64,000 nucleotides of DNA from an uncultured delta proteobacterium (GCA_963790475.1 CAWBOS010000012.1:1472001-1536000); one strand, 5' to 3'. Positions 11,160 to 21,819 are shown, counted from the first letter of the stretch. Made by a program: numbers and translations. The notes: generated from the letters alone by a model not told the origin.

Positions 11160-12090
11160 ATGGAACATGTTAACAAATTGGATTTTTCGGGTCAATCGAT
11201 TTACGTAGGACTGGATGTCCATAAGAAGAGTTGGACCGTGAGTATTTTTTCGGAACAATGTGAGCATAAGACTTTTACCCAACCTCCGAAAACAGAAAAA
11301 CTGGTCCATTATCTTAAACGCAATTTTCCCGGAGCGGCCTATCAGGCGGTGTATGAGGCCGGCTTCAGCGGCTTTTGGACTCATGATCAGCTTCGGGAGC
11401 AAGGAGTCCATTGTATTGTGGCCAATCCGGCCGATGTTCCGACGACGAATAAAGAACGAACCGGCAAACGGGATCCCAGCGATTCCCGGAAGCTGGCCAG
11501 GAGCCTCCGGAACAGGGAATTGAAGGGGATATACGTACCGGTCCGTTCGAAACGGGAGGATCGCAGCCTGGTTCGAACCCGTCCGAGCATGGTGAGAAAG
11601 CAAACCCGGTGTAAAAATCAAATTAAGGCGCTCCTTTACTTTTATGGGATTAATCTGCCCGAAGAGGTTGTTCCATTATTTTGCTGTCCCGGGAAGCAGA
11701 ATATCGCGAAAGGGTCCGGTTGTTAAAAACGGTCCCATCAGTACCCTGACGGCCATGATTTTCTTGACCGAGCTTGGTGAGTTGGCCCGATTTGCCTCTT
11801 TGGACAAGCTGGCCAGTTATGTCGGACTAATCCCCGATGTCGAATCCACTGGGGAGACCGAACATATAAAAAACTTAACCCATCGGCGAAACCCCCAGTT
11901 AAGGGCTTTGCTCATCGAAGCCGCTTGGGTGGCTGCCCGGAAGGATCCGGTCCTGCTCCTGGCCTTTAATGAATATTGCCAACGGATGAAGAAAACCAGG
12001 GCCATTATTAAAATTGCTCGGAAACTGCTCAACCGCATTCGTTATGTATTAAAGAACCAGGTAGAATATGTTCCTGGGGTAGTTCAATAA
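11160..12090 (+). pseudogene. IS110-family transposase with internal deletion and frameshift near 11670-11740
   Basis: VGLDVHKK, VYEAG, KRDPSDS in one frame; LASYVGLIPDVESTG, LIEAAW, IARKL in another. Confidence 0.88.
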
Positions 12091-12091
12091 T

Positions 12092-12296
12092 AACTTGAAG
12101 AGGTGCTTCCAATCCGATAAATCGGCTCGTGGGCGTAAACGGTCCGTCATTCCTGCAGCTCATCGGTAGAGGGTGTCTGCTCTTCGCGAGACTCCGTGCC
12201 CACGATTTTAATATAATCAAGATGATGCAGCTATCTGATCCAGATATGTCTGCTGATAGAAGGTTGATTTTAAAGATTGGTTCAGCCCTTAAGTTT
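12092..12296 (+). ncRNA. Candidate bridge/seekRNA of IS110 element 1
   Basis: Stem tcgtgggc/gcccacga encloses gtcattcctg and ttcgcgagac; stem aatcaa/ttgatt encloses atagaagg. These match the REP target and the element junctions. Confidence 0.72.
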
Positions 12297-12564
12297 GGTT
12301 TCAATTGCTCGACGGATCGGCTTCCGGGCTAATCTCCTGCGGTTAAAAGAGAATAGCCCCAATTGGCCTCTTCATGGATGGCTGCCTGTTTCTATCGCAG
12401 GTAGTTCAGCCTCCTCAGGAGATCATACCGGTAGCCATCCATGAAGAGGTTTATCTTAAAAACCTTAAAAACCATTTAAAAGTCATTCTCTAATAAAAAA
12501 GACTTGCTTTTCAACATAGAAGGAAGGATGTGCTGAAATTATCGATTACGGTTTGTAGGTTATT

Positions 12565-12660
12565 ACGCTAAGGATCAGCTGCAAAAAAAGCCAGCCAAGA
12601 CACTTCAATTGCAACAAAATCGCACTGGCTTTTTGTGTCAGGCTGAATCCTGTTGTTGGC
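12565..12660 (-). repeat. attC-like palindrome (degenerate)
   Basis: Minus strand GCCAACAACAGGATTCAGC...GCTGATCCTTAGCGTA, downstream of the acyltransferase fragment. Confidence 0.5.
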
Positions 12661-12703
12661 CTGCCTTTCCATTTCGACAGCTGCTGGTTGCCCAAATTCG
12701 CTT

Positions 12704-13050
12704 TCACTCTGGCGACGTTCTCCTCGATGACGTAAAATTTGCCCTGGGCTTGCTCCCCAGATACTTGCGAGCGGGTGACTCAACGTAATGTTCGAGCAGA
12801 ACGGCCAAGGCGAAGCTCGCAGGGATCACGACGAACGTTCCCCAGGCTGGCATCGGCGTGGGCAACCCCTTGATCCAGAGCTGATTGGGATGGGCGATCC
12901 AGGCCACATACTGGATGATGGGTTCATGCACTAGGTACAACGACATGGAAATCCTGCCGAGAAACAACATGGGTGGCCAATTCAGCAAGCGGCCAGTGAC
13001 GGACACCGCACCCTGTTCGGCCATCGACAGGCCAACGATAATCTGAAGCA
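12704..13050 (-). pseudogene. C-terminal fragment of an acyltransferase_3-family membrane protein
   Basis: FLGRISMSLYLVHEPI and HYVESP motifs; no N-terminus. Confidence 0.75.
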
Positions 13051-13434
13051 GCGCTGAATGCCGGCGGAGGTCGTGGGGCCCGATGGATATTTTGAGTTGG
13101 GCACCAAGATTTTTTATCATCGATCTGGCCGTTGAATAGGAAACCGGGAAAAGACGAGATCATCCGGTCCCAGGTTCTGGGCTCGGATATATTCCTCCAA
13201 TCGTTTGGCGATAGGTTCCGGCATATAAGCGACTTCGGCTTCCTTTCCGGACTTCGGCTCCCGAAGGACTATTTTTATTTCCGAAATATCCGACACCTTG
13301 ATCTTTAAGGACTCTCCAATACGCAGCCCACAACGGGCCTGGAGTTCGAGGATCAATCGATCCCGGAGGTTTTTGGTTTTGTAGATGATCTCGTCTATCG
13401 CCTCTTTATCGGGGACTTTCCTGGGGCTCTGCAC
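13051..13434 (-). pseudogene. Tyrosine recombinase/integrase fragment (frameshifted, truncated)
   Basis: RDRLILELQARCGLRIGE in one frame, PHDLRRHS in the next; catalytic Tyr region missing. Confidence 0.8.
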
Positions 13435-13648
13435 GAGCGCAGGCCAGTGGATCGCAGCTTTCTATCTTTAGTACTCCATTCGGGGCTGGGTAAGGTGTCG
13501 CTGTAACTTTTTTAATCTTTGGCCTGTTGAATCAATATCCAAGAAAATCCGTTTGATTGTTTCCTCTGGCCCCAGCCTTCTGCCTTGGCAACTTAGACTA
13601 TATAGGAAAAAGCAGTTTGTTTTTAATGATAGATTTGGATTGTCACAC

Positions 13649-14830
13649 CTACCCGGATTGAAAAGCCCTCATCACCCTTATCATCAGTATAAACGGCTTA
13701 ATTTTTGAATCTACCTGATTGATAGACCCTGCCAGGTACAGATTCTTTTCTTTGGAATAATAAAGAAATGAGCCGGTAGAACCCGAATGACCCCATAAAG
13801 GCGATACCTTCAATACCTTAGAAATGAATGGAGGGAATTGGAAGTACATCGTTCCGAACCCATATTGAAGCGGAAATTCCAATTTATGCCAGTTATGCAT
13901 CAATTTCAGGGTGTCTTCACTGACAATTCGACCTTCCTTTAGGGCTTTCAGGAATATGATCATTTCTTCTGATGTGGAAACAATGCCTCCATCAGCCCAG
14001 TAGGACCCATTCGAACGGGTTTTGGTAATGTTCACATCCTTATAAAATATATCCGCCGTAACGCCGGTTGGCGGGAGCTGAGGTTTAGAACGGCCGATCA
14101 ACCAAGTATGTTTGAGTCCCAGAGGACGAAAAAGAAGATCCTCGTAAACGATGTGAAGCGGCTTCCCGGTTATGGCCTCGATGACCTTTCCCAACAACTG
14201 AAAATTGGTATCTGAATAGGATGCATCCGTACCGGGCGCAAAATTGGGTTTCAGATCCTTTCGGACCCTATCAATCGTCTCATCCACCGTCCAAGATCGT
14301 CCCGGTTCTTCCAGGAACATTTCAAAAAGGCTTTTTCCTCCTTTTGGTTTCTCAGAATAGTAATCTGCGATCCCGGAAGTATGCGACAACAATTGTTTTA
14401 TAGTTATTCCATGGGAATAATCCTTACCTCTATAGACGTGGATCCCTCGAGTAAGCCCTTCGGGAAGGTATTTCGACATTGGATCATCTAAAGAGAGAGC
14501 TCCCTTTTCATACAATCGCATGATGGCCGTGGCGGTATATAGTTTGGTAATGCTGGCGATATAGATAGGAGTATCTTTAGTCATAGGGACCTGACCGGCT
14601 TGGCTGGCAATCCCCGCAGCCCCCGACCAGGAGAAGGTGCCATCCCCCTTCGCCACGGACAGAACACAATTCCTCACCCCTTTATCTTTCTTTACTAAAT
14701 CTGAAACCAAATATTGCATTTTCTGATTGAAATCATTAAATGGTGGAATTGAAAATCTTAATTTAATTATAAACAATCCCCCTGCCATAATAATCACAAT
14801 TATGGCGAATATAATTATGATCCGTTTCAT
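13649..14830 (-). CDS. Serine hydrolase (beta-lactamase/D-Ala-D-Ala peptidase family)
   Basis: SITK, LLSHTSG, YSD, WGHSG motifs; N-terminal anchor. Confidence 0.9.
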   Translation of the reverse strand: MKRIIIIFAIIVIIMAGGLFIIKLRFSIPPFNDFNQKMQYLVSDLVKKDKGVRNCVLSVAKGDGTFSWSGAAGIASQAGQVPMTKDTPIYIASITKLYTATAIMRLYEKGALSLDDPMSKYLPEGLTRGIHVYRGKDYSHGITIKQLLSHTSGIADYYSEKPKGGKSLFEMFLEEPGRSWTVDETIDRVRKDLKPNFAPGTDASYSDTNFQLLGKVIEAITGKPLHIVYEDLLFRPLGLKHTWLIGRSKPQLPPTGVTADIFYKDVNITKTRSNGSYWADGGIVSTSEEMIIFLKALKEGRIVSEDTLKLMHNWHKLEFPLQYGFGTMYFQFPPFISKVLKVSPLWGHSGSTGSFLYYSKEKNLYLAGSINQVDSKIKPFILMIRVMRAFQSG

Positions 14831-14945
14831 CGGTATGGTTCTCCTCTGATAGCATTCTAATCACCGAAAATTACTTCCAACGTCTTGAATAGGAGCAGTT
14901 AATTGTTCCATTTCTTCTTTGGGTTCCATAAAGGTTAGGCCTTGA

Positions 14946-15434
14946 TCAGTCTTCGTCTCGTCGCCCTACCCGTGGCACCCACTTGCCGGTTCTCCTCTTA
15001 TATTCCCTGTATACTTCTCCAAATCTCGCTTTCAATAGTTTTTCTTCGTAACTGGCGATGTAGTTGTAAAAGACAAAGATAGGAATCAATAATGCAAAGG
15101 ATAAAAGAAACAGAGAAGAAAGCGTTGTCCCAAGATAAGCCAGGAGAGCTGCCAGATATATGGGATGGCGCACGTAGGAAAAAGCACCGGTATCGACCAC
15201 GTGGTTGGGTCGTTCCTTTCCGCTGATGACTCTGTGCCCTTTCCATAAAAGGGTTAGAGTGATCAAGAGGGCCAAACCCAACATTGTCATGCGCACAGAT
15301 TCAGGAACCCAATTTTTTAAGAATGTCGTCCAGTATAGAAAAAATGAATCCCCCACCCATACGATAAGGAACAAAGCGGCGGAAATCAACTGTCCACAAT
15401 CCCCAAATGGATGTTCTCCTTTTTTCTCTTTCAT
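14946..15434 (-). CDS. Isoprenylcysteine carboxylmethyltransferase/PEMT-family membrane protein
   Basis: TGAFSYVRHPIY and EEKLLKARFGEVYREYK motifs. Confidence 0.88.
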   Translation of the reverse strand: MKEKKGEHPFGDCGQLISAALFLIVWVGDSFFLYWTTFLKNWVPESVRMTMLGLALLITLTLLWKGHRVISGKERPNHVVDTGAFSYVRHPIYLAALLAYLGTTLSSLFLLSFALLIPIFVFYNYIASYEEKLLKARFGEVYREYKRRTGKWVPRVGRRDED

Positions 15435-15985
15435 GATTGCCTCTCACCAAAGGCCCAACGAAAAGTTTAACCAGGGGTGGTGGAGACGGTAGAACTGGAT
15501 AGAAAAAAGCTAAACCTGCCCCTGGTTAGATCATTTATTACAAATACCTCATTGTTTCAGTTTTACCCTTGATACAAAGATCAAGAAAATAATTTATTTT
15601 TCCACCTTGTTTTTTTTAACCATTTTTCTCAAAACAAAAAAACCCCACCTCTCGAATGAGAAACAGGTTTCCTAAATTCCTCCATTGACTTGCCTCCTTT
15701 TGGGTTAAGTGGCGAAACTGGAAGAAGGGTTAACTTGCTTATCCGGCCATTGAATAAAATGGATTATACACGATCTTAGGAAATAGCAAATAGGAGGTTT
15801 TTTATCAGGCTGGAACCTTAAATTTGGAGGGGGGCCTTAAACTATTATGGTTTGTACTCTTCTGATTTTTCACAAATGGAACTTACAACCTTTCACGAAG
15901 AACTCACCACCAAACCAGACAATGTCTGCATGGTCAAATTATGATTTTCATAGCTGATTTGTGGGTGTTTCCTTATTCTTCCGGT

Positions 15986-16768
15986 TTATTCACCCCTGGA
16001 AACAGCAACCAGTACCAGGGTTTGATGGGTGAACAGGATCTTTCCTTCTTTGTTTCTTACGCGCAGGCCTGTTCTATCCTGTTTCAACGCCTCTTCGAAC
16101 CTCCGACGGATTTCCGCCTCTATTTCCGGTGCTGGTCCGCCGTGAAGGATCCAGCCATCCAAGTCATAGTGTACCCGCCCGGCAAGCTCGTTTGCTATTT
16201 CCAATCTGTTGGCACGGAATAGTTCCCGGAACTCGGTCGCCTTGAGGGCTCTCACATGGGTGGGATCGCAAAGGCGTTCGATTTCATTGTGCACGCCGGC
16301 CTCTAATCGATCCTCGGAGGTCACGATATCGGCGGTCAGTATTTTCCCGCCAGGCTTTACGACCCGGTACATTTCCGCCAGCACCCGACCAGGTTCCGGA
16401 AAATGGTGGAATGCGGCCCGGCAAGCGACGATATCGAAGGTCGCCGGGGCAAAGGGAAGGGCGGTAGCCGCGCCTTTCTCGAAACGGACATTGTCCATCC
16501 CTCGTCTTCCCGCCTCAGCCCTGGCCATCGACAGCATGGCATCCGTGGCGTCCAGACCCACGGCGGTGGCGCATCGTCGGGCAAAGGCCATCGTCAGAAA
16601 TCCCGGGCCGCAGGCGACGTCCAAAACGCGTCCCTCCGGTTCCGGCCGACACATTTCGACCATCATGGTATGGGAGGCCTCGTCTCTGGCCTGAGCTGTA
16701 GCGGCATAAGCGTCGGCTTGCCGGGTGAACTGGGTACGGATGTCATCGATGTTGTCTTTGCTCATCAT
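15986..16768 (-). CDS. Class I SAM-dependent methyltransferase
   Basis: VLDVACGPG, FDIVACRAAFHHF, DPTHVR motifs. Confidence 0.9.
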   Translation of the reverse strand: MMSKDNIDDIRTQFTRQADAYAATAQARDEASHTMMVEMCRPEPEGRVLDVACGPGFLTMAFARRCATAVGLDATDAMLSMARAEAGRRGMDNVRFEKGAATALPFAPATFDIVACRAAFHHFPEPGRVLAEMYRVVKPGGKILTADIVTSEDRLEAGVHNEIERLCDPTHVRALKATEFRELFRANRLEIANELAGRVHYDLDGWILHGGPAPEIEAEIRRRFEEALKQDRTGLRVRNKEGKILFTHQTLVLVAVSRGE

Positions 16769-17021
16769 TAACCTCTATGATACTTTCTAACCCGGACAAG
16801 CCGGAACCATATTTGAAATATTGTAACATTTGGTGGATTCGTAAAAAGTCACCGAAAGCCTATTTTCGTCATTCCCTTGAAAAAGGGAATCCAGTGTTTT
16901 TAATAAGTTGAGAATAGCCTAGACATAATGGCTGACAATTAAAAAAGCGACCTGCCCCTTATCGTCGTGGGTTATATTAGGGAGTGATCCCAATACAGAG
17001 CCAAGAATAAGGAGGCAGGTC

Positions 17022-18134
17022 ATGAAACATTTTATCACAGTTGTCGGTATGGATGTACACAAAGATTCCATAGAGATTGTAATCGCCGAAACCACGGGAA
17101 CTGAAGAAGTTCGGCATTACGGAAAAATTAACGGCGACATGGCCTCATTGGACAAAGCAGTCAGAAAACTCAAAAGCACCAGTAGGGAACTGCACTTTGT
17201 CTATGAAGCTGGGCCATGCGGCTATGAGATTTACCGTCACCTATCCTCGCAGGGGTTTACTTGTGTGGTCGTTGCCCCCTCGAAGACTCCCAGACGGAGC
17301 GGCGACCGAGTCAAGAACGACCATCGCGATGCCCAGACACTGGCCCGGCTTTATCGGGCCGGGGAGTTAACCCCGGTCTATGTCCCTCGACCGGACGACG
17401 AAGCCATGAGAGATTTGACCCGCGCCCGGGAAGATGCGGTCAAGGCCTTGCGCACTGCTCGTCAACACTTAGGGGCTTTTCTGCTTCGGTATGGCCATAG
17501 GTACCCCGGTAAAACATCCTGGACGCCTGCTCATAGGCGTTGGCTATCGGACGTCACCATGCCCCACCCCGCCCAGCAGATTACCCTTCAGGAATATATC
17601 CACACGGTAAACGAGGGCACCCTGCGAGTCGGTCGTTTAGTTGACCAGAGTCTGAAGCTGTTGCCCCAATGGAGCCTGGCCCCAGTGGTTGAAGCCCTCC
17701 AGGCCCTCAGAGGGGTGGCTCCTACTGTGGCTATAACCACCGTCTCTGAGATCGGCGATATCACTCGTTTTGAGAACCCCCGGCAGTTCATGGCCTATCT
17801 GGGTCTGGTTCCCTCGGAACACTCCAGCGGCCAGTCCGTCAAACGGGGCAGCATCACCAAAACCGGCAATGGCCACGTAAGGCGCGTTCTCGTTGAAGCG
17901 GCGCATGCTTATAGCTATCCGGCCCGGATAAGCAGGTTTCTGCTCAAACGACAACAGGGACTGCCGCAGCCCATCCGGGAGATCGCCTGGAAGGCCCAGG
18001 TTAGACTCTGCGGCCGGTTCCGTAGGCTTATGGCCCAAGGAAAAATGAAAACCAAAGTGGTAACCGCCATCGCCCGCGAGCTCTCCGGCTTCATATGGGC
18101 GATTGCCAGGGAAGTTCAGTTGCGAAACGTGTAG
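17022..18134 (+). CDS. IS110-family transposase/recombinase
   Basis: VGMDVHKD, VYEAGP, KNDHRDA (DEDD) and AYLGLVPSEHSSG motifs. Confidence 0.95.
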   Translation: MKHFITVVGMDVHKDSIEIVIAETTGTEEVRHYGKINGDMASLDKAVRKLKSTSRELHFVYEAGPCGYEIYRHLSSQGFTCVVVAPSKTPRRSGDRVKNDHRDAQTLARLYRAGELTPVYVPRPDDEAMRDLTRAREDAVKALRTARQHLGAFLLRYGHRYPGKTSWTPAHRRWLSDVTMPHPAQQITLQEYIHTVNEGTLRVGRLVDQSLKLLPQWSLAPVVEALQALRGVAPTVAITTVSEIGDITRFENPRQFMAYLGLVPSEHSSGQSVKRGSITKTGNGHVRRVLVEAAHAYSYPARISRFLLKRQQGLPQPIREIAWKAQVRLCGRFRRLMAQGKMKTKVVTAIARELSGFIWAIAREVQLRNV

Positions 18135-18190
18135 CCTAGGTCAAAAAACAAACCTTCTTAAAGGAGTATAGAGACCACCCATTATATCCT

Positions 18191-18382
18191 ATCCAGGGGA
18201 CCAGCAGAGACGCGACCCCGTTGGGAGAATCCTCGAGGAATCCAAGGAATAAGGTCATCCGAATTTCCGATCCTAGAGCGAGGCAGCTCCTGTGACGAAG
18301 TCAAGTCAGGCGTTCAAAATACGCGAATATCAGAATGATCAAACGTCGCTAAATCGGTCCCGTCTCTGCTTGTGCCCTGGAT
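18191..18382 (+). ncRNA. Candidate bridge/seekRNA of IS110 element 2
   Basis: Closing stem atccaggg..gcagagacg / cgtctctgc..ccctggat; internal ggaatcca, cctag and atatcaga match the target and the circle junction. Confidence 0.75.
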
Positions 18383-18548
18383 TAAACTGACAGTCTAACC
18401 CTCTACTAGGGCCAGGAAAAATCTTTTCCTCTTGACAACTGTCAGCCATATCGGATTCCCGCCTCCGCGGGAATGACGACGAAATATTCTATCCAATTTG
18501 AGTAGAATTCTATTCCTAAGTTACTAAGACTTTATTGGTTTCTAAATC

Positions 18549-18580
18549 TGGGGAAATCATACTTGTTTGATTTCCCCCCA
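18549..18580. terminator. Hairpin, probable terminator
   Basis: ggggaaatca...tgatttcccc just past the acyl-CoA ligase stop. Confidence 0.5.
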
Positions 18581-18594
18581 GGCCTTGTCTGATC

Positions 18595-20187
18595 CTAATT
18601 TTTCAGCAGTTCCGCGATTTCAACTTTAAGGGCAAGTTTGTCGACCTTTCCGTTGGCCAGCAAGGGCAGCAGCGGCCGGATGATGAATTTCTTGGGGACC
18701 TTGTAGTTGGCCAGCCGGGACTTACAATATTCGCTCAGTTCCTCTTCCGTGACCTCCTTGCCCGGAAGGGTCATGGCAAAGGCCCATCCGACTTCCTGGT
18801 AGATCTCATCAGGGACACCGATGACCGCGGCAAACAGGATGCCGCCCTGGGCTTCAAGGATTTCCTCTATTTCCCGCGGATAAACGTTTTCACCCCCGGT
18901 CTTGAACATTTCCGACTTGCGGCCGCTGATGGTGATATAACCCCGATCATCCTTAGAGGCCAGATCGGAAGTGTAATACCATCCCTGGCTATCGAGGACT
19001 TCGGCGGTTGCATCCGGCTTATTGAGATATTCCTTGAACATGAAGGCGCCCCGAACGGCTATCTCACCCACCTGGCCGTTGGGGATTTCACGGCGTTTTT
19101 CATCAACGATCTTCAGTTCAAAAGGCGGGGCGATCTTGCCTGCGGTTTTCATCCGCGTTTCCAAATCGTCCCCCTTTTCCGTATAGGTAACGAAACCGCA
19201 GACCTCGGTAGAACCATAACCGGTCACCAGCATGGTACCGGTCTGATTGGAGATGCCTGACAGGACATCCAGCATAATCCTGGGGGCCGCCGCGCCGGCC
19301 CAGGCGATGAGCTTCAGAGAGCTGAAGTCGGTCTGGAAGAATTCGGGCTGCCTCATCTGTAGGAGGAACATAACGGGAACCTGTCCGAACAGGGTGATCC
19401 GCTCTTTTTCGATCATCTTCAGAGAAGCCAGCGGGTCAAACTGGTCCATGAAAACGATGCACCCGCCAGCCAGGACGGCGGCAAAGCCGATTTCGACGTC
19501 CGCCGCCACATGATTGATGGGGAAGTGGAGGAGGACCCTCATATATTGGTCGGCATAGAACTTCTTGGCCTCAACCTTGATGTTCTCCACGATACTGCGA
19601 TGGGTGTGGACCACCCCCTTGGGCTTGCCCGTGGAGCCGGAGGTGTACATCAGAAGGGCCCGGTCATTTTCTCGGACCCCGGCGGCCCGTTGCGACAGCG
19701 CCGAGTCAAGCTCGGGGCGGGGCTGTTCCGTAAATTCGATGAAAGATTCGGTCCCTTCAACAGGCTCGCCTATGACCAGGACCTTTTTAACGAAGGTAAA
19801 TTCATCCCTCAGCGCCCGGATCGTCGCGGCTATATCGTTTCCCAGAAAGGTGCGCACAACGATCAGCACCACCGGCCGGGAGTCCATGATCTGGTAACGA
19901 AGTTCATCCAGGGTGAATTTAGGATTGAGCCCCAGCCACACGGCACCGATCTTGCCCGCGGCCATGTACGTTGTCAGGAATTCGTTACAGGCCGCAGCGA
20001 GCATCGCCACCCGGTCGCCAGGCTGCACGCCTGCGGCCAAGTAAGCTCGGGCGATCCCGTCCATCCGCGTCTTGAAATCACCCCAGGTGAGACGCTCCTC
20101 GCCAAAGACAAGGGCCTCGGCCCTGGGTTTTTCGGCGGCCCATTTTTCCACGTAATGCCATGTCAATTTCAGATGGCTCCAGTCCAT
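18595..20187 (-). CDS. Acyl-CoA synthetase (class I adenylate-forming enzyme)
   Basis: MYTSGSTGKPKG, GYGSTE, GGENVYPREIE, NGKVDK motifs. Confidence 0.93.
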   Translation of the reverse strand: MDWSHLKLTWHYVEKWAAEKPRAEALVFGEERLTWGDFKTRMDGIARAYLAAGVQPGDRVAMLAAACNEFLTTYMAAGKIGAVWLGLNPKFTLDELRYQIMDSRPVVLIVVRTFLGNDIAATIRALRDEFTFVKKVLVIGEPVEGTESFIEFTEQPRPELDSALSQRAAGVRENDRALLMYTSGSTGKPKGVVHTHRSIVENIKVEAKKFYADQYMRVLLHFPINHVAADVEIGFAAVLAGGCIVFMDQFDPLASLKMIEKERITLFGQVPVMFLLQMRQPEFFQTDFSSLKLIAWAGAAAPRIMLDVLSGISNQTGTMLVTGYGSTEVCGFVTYTEKGDDLETRMKTAGKIAPPFELKIVDEKRREIPNGQVGEIAVRGAFMFKEYLNKPDATAEVLDSQGWYYTSDLASKDDRGYITISGRKSEMFKTGGENVYPREIEEILEAQGGILFAAVIGVPDEIYQEVGWAFAMTLPGKEVTEEELSEYCKSRLANYKVPKKFIIRPLLPLLANGKVDKLALKVEIAELLKN

Positions 20188-20495
20188 GATACCCTCCTGT
20201 TTTTCATGAGAGAGGTCTAAAAATCTTTACCCGACATAATCTGAAGTAGTTTCCATAAATGCCCCTTATGGTTGGATGCCGTACTTTATCATAGGTTGAA
20301 GATCTTTTCACTTACATCTTTATCCAGTTTTATTGTTTTACCTCTGGCCTTCCCACAACCCGCAAAAGCCTTCCTTGACAAAACCCGGACCGAAATATTA
20401 GACTAAAAGTAATATCTGGCTCTGCAGCGGGGTCGGACCAGAGGATGGGATTTAATTTCCTTTTAATATTCCGGCAGGGCATTTAACATAAGGAG

Positions 20496-20999
20496 ATGGC
20501 CATGAAAGATTTGAATTACATGAGCATTGCTGAGGATAACATCAAGAAAATCAGAAAAGGGGCTTTTTTAACCGTAAGAGCCGGCAAGGCCCTCAACACC
20601 ATGACCATTGGCTGGGCTACTTTCGGATTTATCTGGCAAAAGCCGATTATGATGGTGGCGGTTCGGTCTTCGAGGCATACCTTTGGTCTTATGGAGGCAG
20701 CGGAGGATTTTACCGTTACCATACCGACGAATGATATGGCTAAAGAAATTGCTTTTTGCGGTTCGAAATCGGGACGGGACCTGGACAAGTTTAAAATGGG
20801 CAACCTGGAAATAACCAACGGCAGTAAGGTGGTTTCCCCGATTATCAACACCCCTGGGCATCATTACGAGTGCAAGATAGTCTACAAGTCGGCTATGAAC
20901 CCGGCCTATCTGGACCAGAATTGTGATACATCCCTTTACCCACAAAAGGATTACCATACCCTTTACTTTGGCGAGATACTGGCCTGCTACGAAACCTGA
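20496..20999 (+). CDS. Flavin reductase-like protein
   Basis: NTMTIGW, CGSKSGRDLDK, HTLYFGEI motifs. Confidence 0.88.
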   Translation: MAMKDLNYMSIAEDNIKKIRKGAFLTVRAGKALNTMTIGWATFGFIWQKPIMMVAVRSSRHTFGLMEAAEDFTVTIPTNDMAKEIAFCGSKSGRDLDKFKMGNLEITNGSKVVSPIINTPGHHYECKIVYKSAMNPAYLDQNCDTSLYPQKDYHTLYFGEILACYET

Positions 21000-21178
21000 T
21001 ATTCAAAAAGTCATCAATAAGGGGTGGCCAATCGACGTTTGACTTAAGACCTTTCCAATCGATGGACTTGGGGACGACTGCCCCTGGGATGGGCAGCGTC
21101 CCCAAGTAGGGTAAGCCATCAACCGGGGTTGATCGATGGTATGGAAATACCGGTCCTGCTTTCCCTGAAAACCTTGGT

Positions 21179-21567
21179 TTAGATCATCAATTCCCCATCC
21201 TTCATCAGGCACTGATCGTCGATCATAATCGTCGGATTACTGAATAACACGTCCTGGTGGATGCGGCTCATGGTACTGCCGCCGATGTCTTGGTGTGGGC
21301 GATGGTTGCCCCTTCGGCAACAGAGAAAATGGCATTAACGGCCTTCATAGCCGCCGTTACTGCCGCGGTTGGTTCGCCCCCGTCGATTTTCCGTGGTGGT
21401 ATGACGGCCAGCGTGGTATCAAGCCCCATTTCCAGCATGGCATCCAGAAGGGTCTGACCTAAATGTGCCGGCCGGGGCAGGTTGTCGGCCACAATCAAAA
21501 TTTTTTTCCCCTGGTTGACCGCATTACAGGCTACCAGCATATTTTGAATATTTTTCTTTACATCCAT
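21179..21567 (-). pseudogene. M29-like (leucyl) aminopeptidase with the central part deleted
   Basis: N-terminus (..KILIVAD..GEPTAAVTAAMKAVN..HT) joined out of frame to a C-terminus SRIHQDVLFSNPTIMIDDQCLMKDGELMI*. Confidence 0.65.
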
Positions 21568-21819
21568 GGGTTTCTCCTTGGCATCTTTGTTTTTTAATTA
21601 CCCTTAACATATAGCAACGGTTAGGAAGAGTTAATTATAATAATTTCAATAGGTTATGCTATCACATAGCGATAAAAATTTCTTTTCACCTGATCTCGGG
21701 TCACCTGAACAATGGCCTGAAGAATAGGGCCTGAACAATAAGGATTGACGATCGTTGGAATTCGAGGATAGAATAAATTGTTTGGAGAATTTTATTTATA
21801 AAGTTAAAGAGGGGAATAT

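Larger units (their letters stand above)
11070..12522 (+). mobile_element. IS110/IS1111-type element 1 (defective transposase, long 3' non-coding region)
   Basis: AG at both junctions; subterminal IR-like tatg(a)ttgaaaa..gcaagtc / gacttgcttttcaacata; junction promoter halves present. Confidence 0.8.
16921..18452 (+). mobile_element. IS110/IS1111-type element 2, apparently intact, inserted in a REP-like palindrome
   Basis: Subterminal IRs atggctgacaatt / aactgtcagccat; the flanks rejoin as gtcattccc..ggaatccag..gcct|ggattccc..gggaatgac (16868-16920 plus 18453-18477). Confidence 0.9.

Noticed and set aside
13051-13434. Tyrosine recombinase fragment as the integron integrase
   Set aside because: No recognisable IntI-specific insertion; fragmentary and far from the attI-like modules
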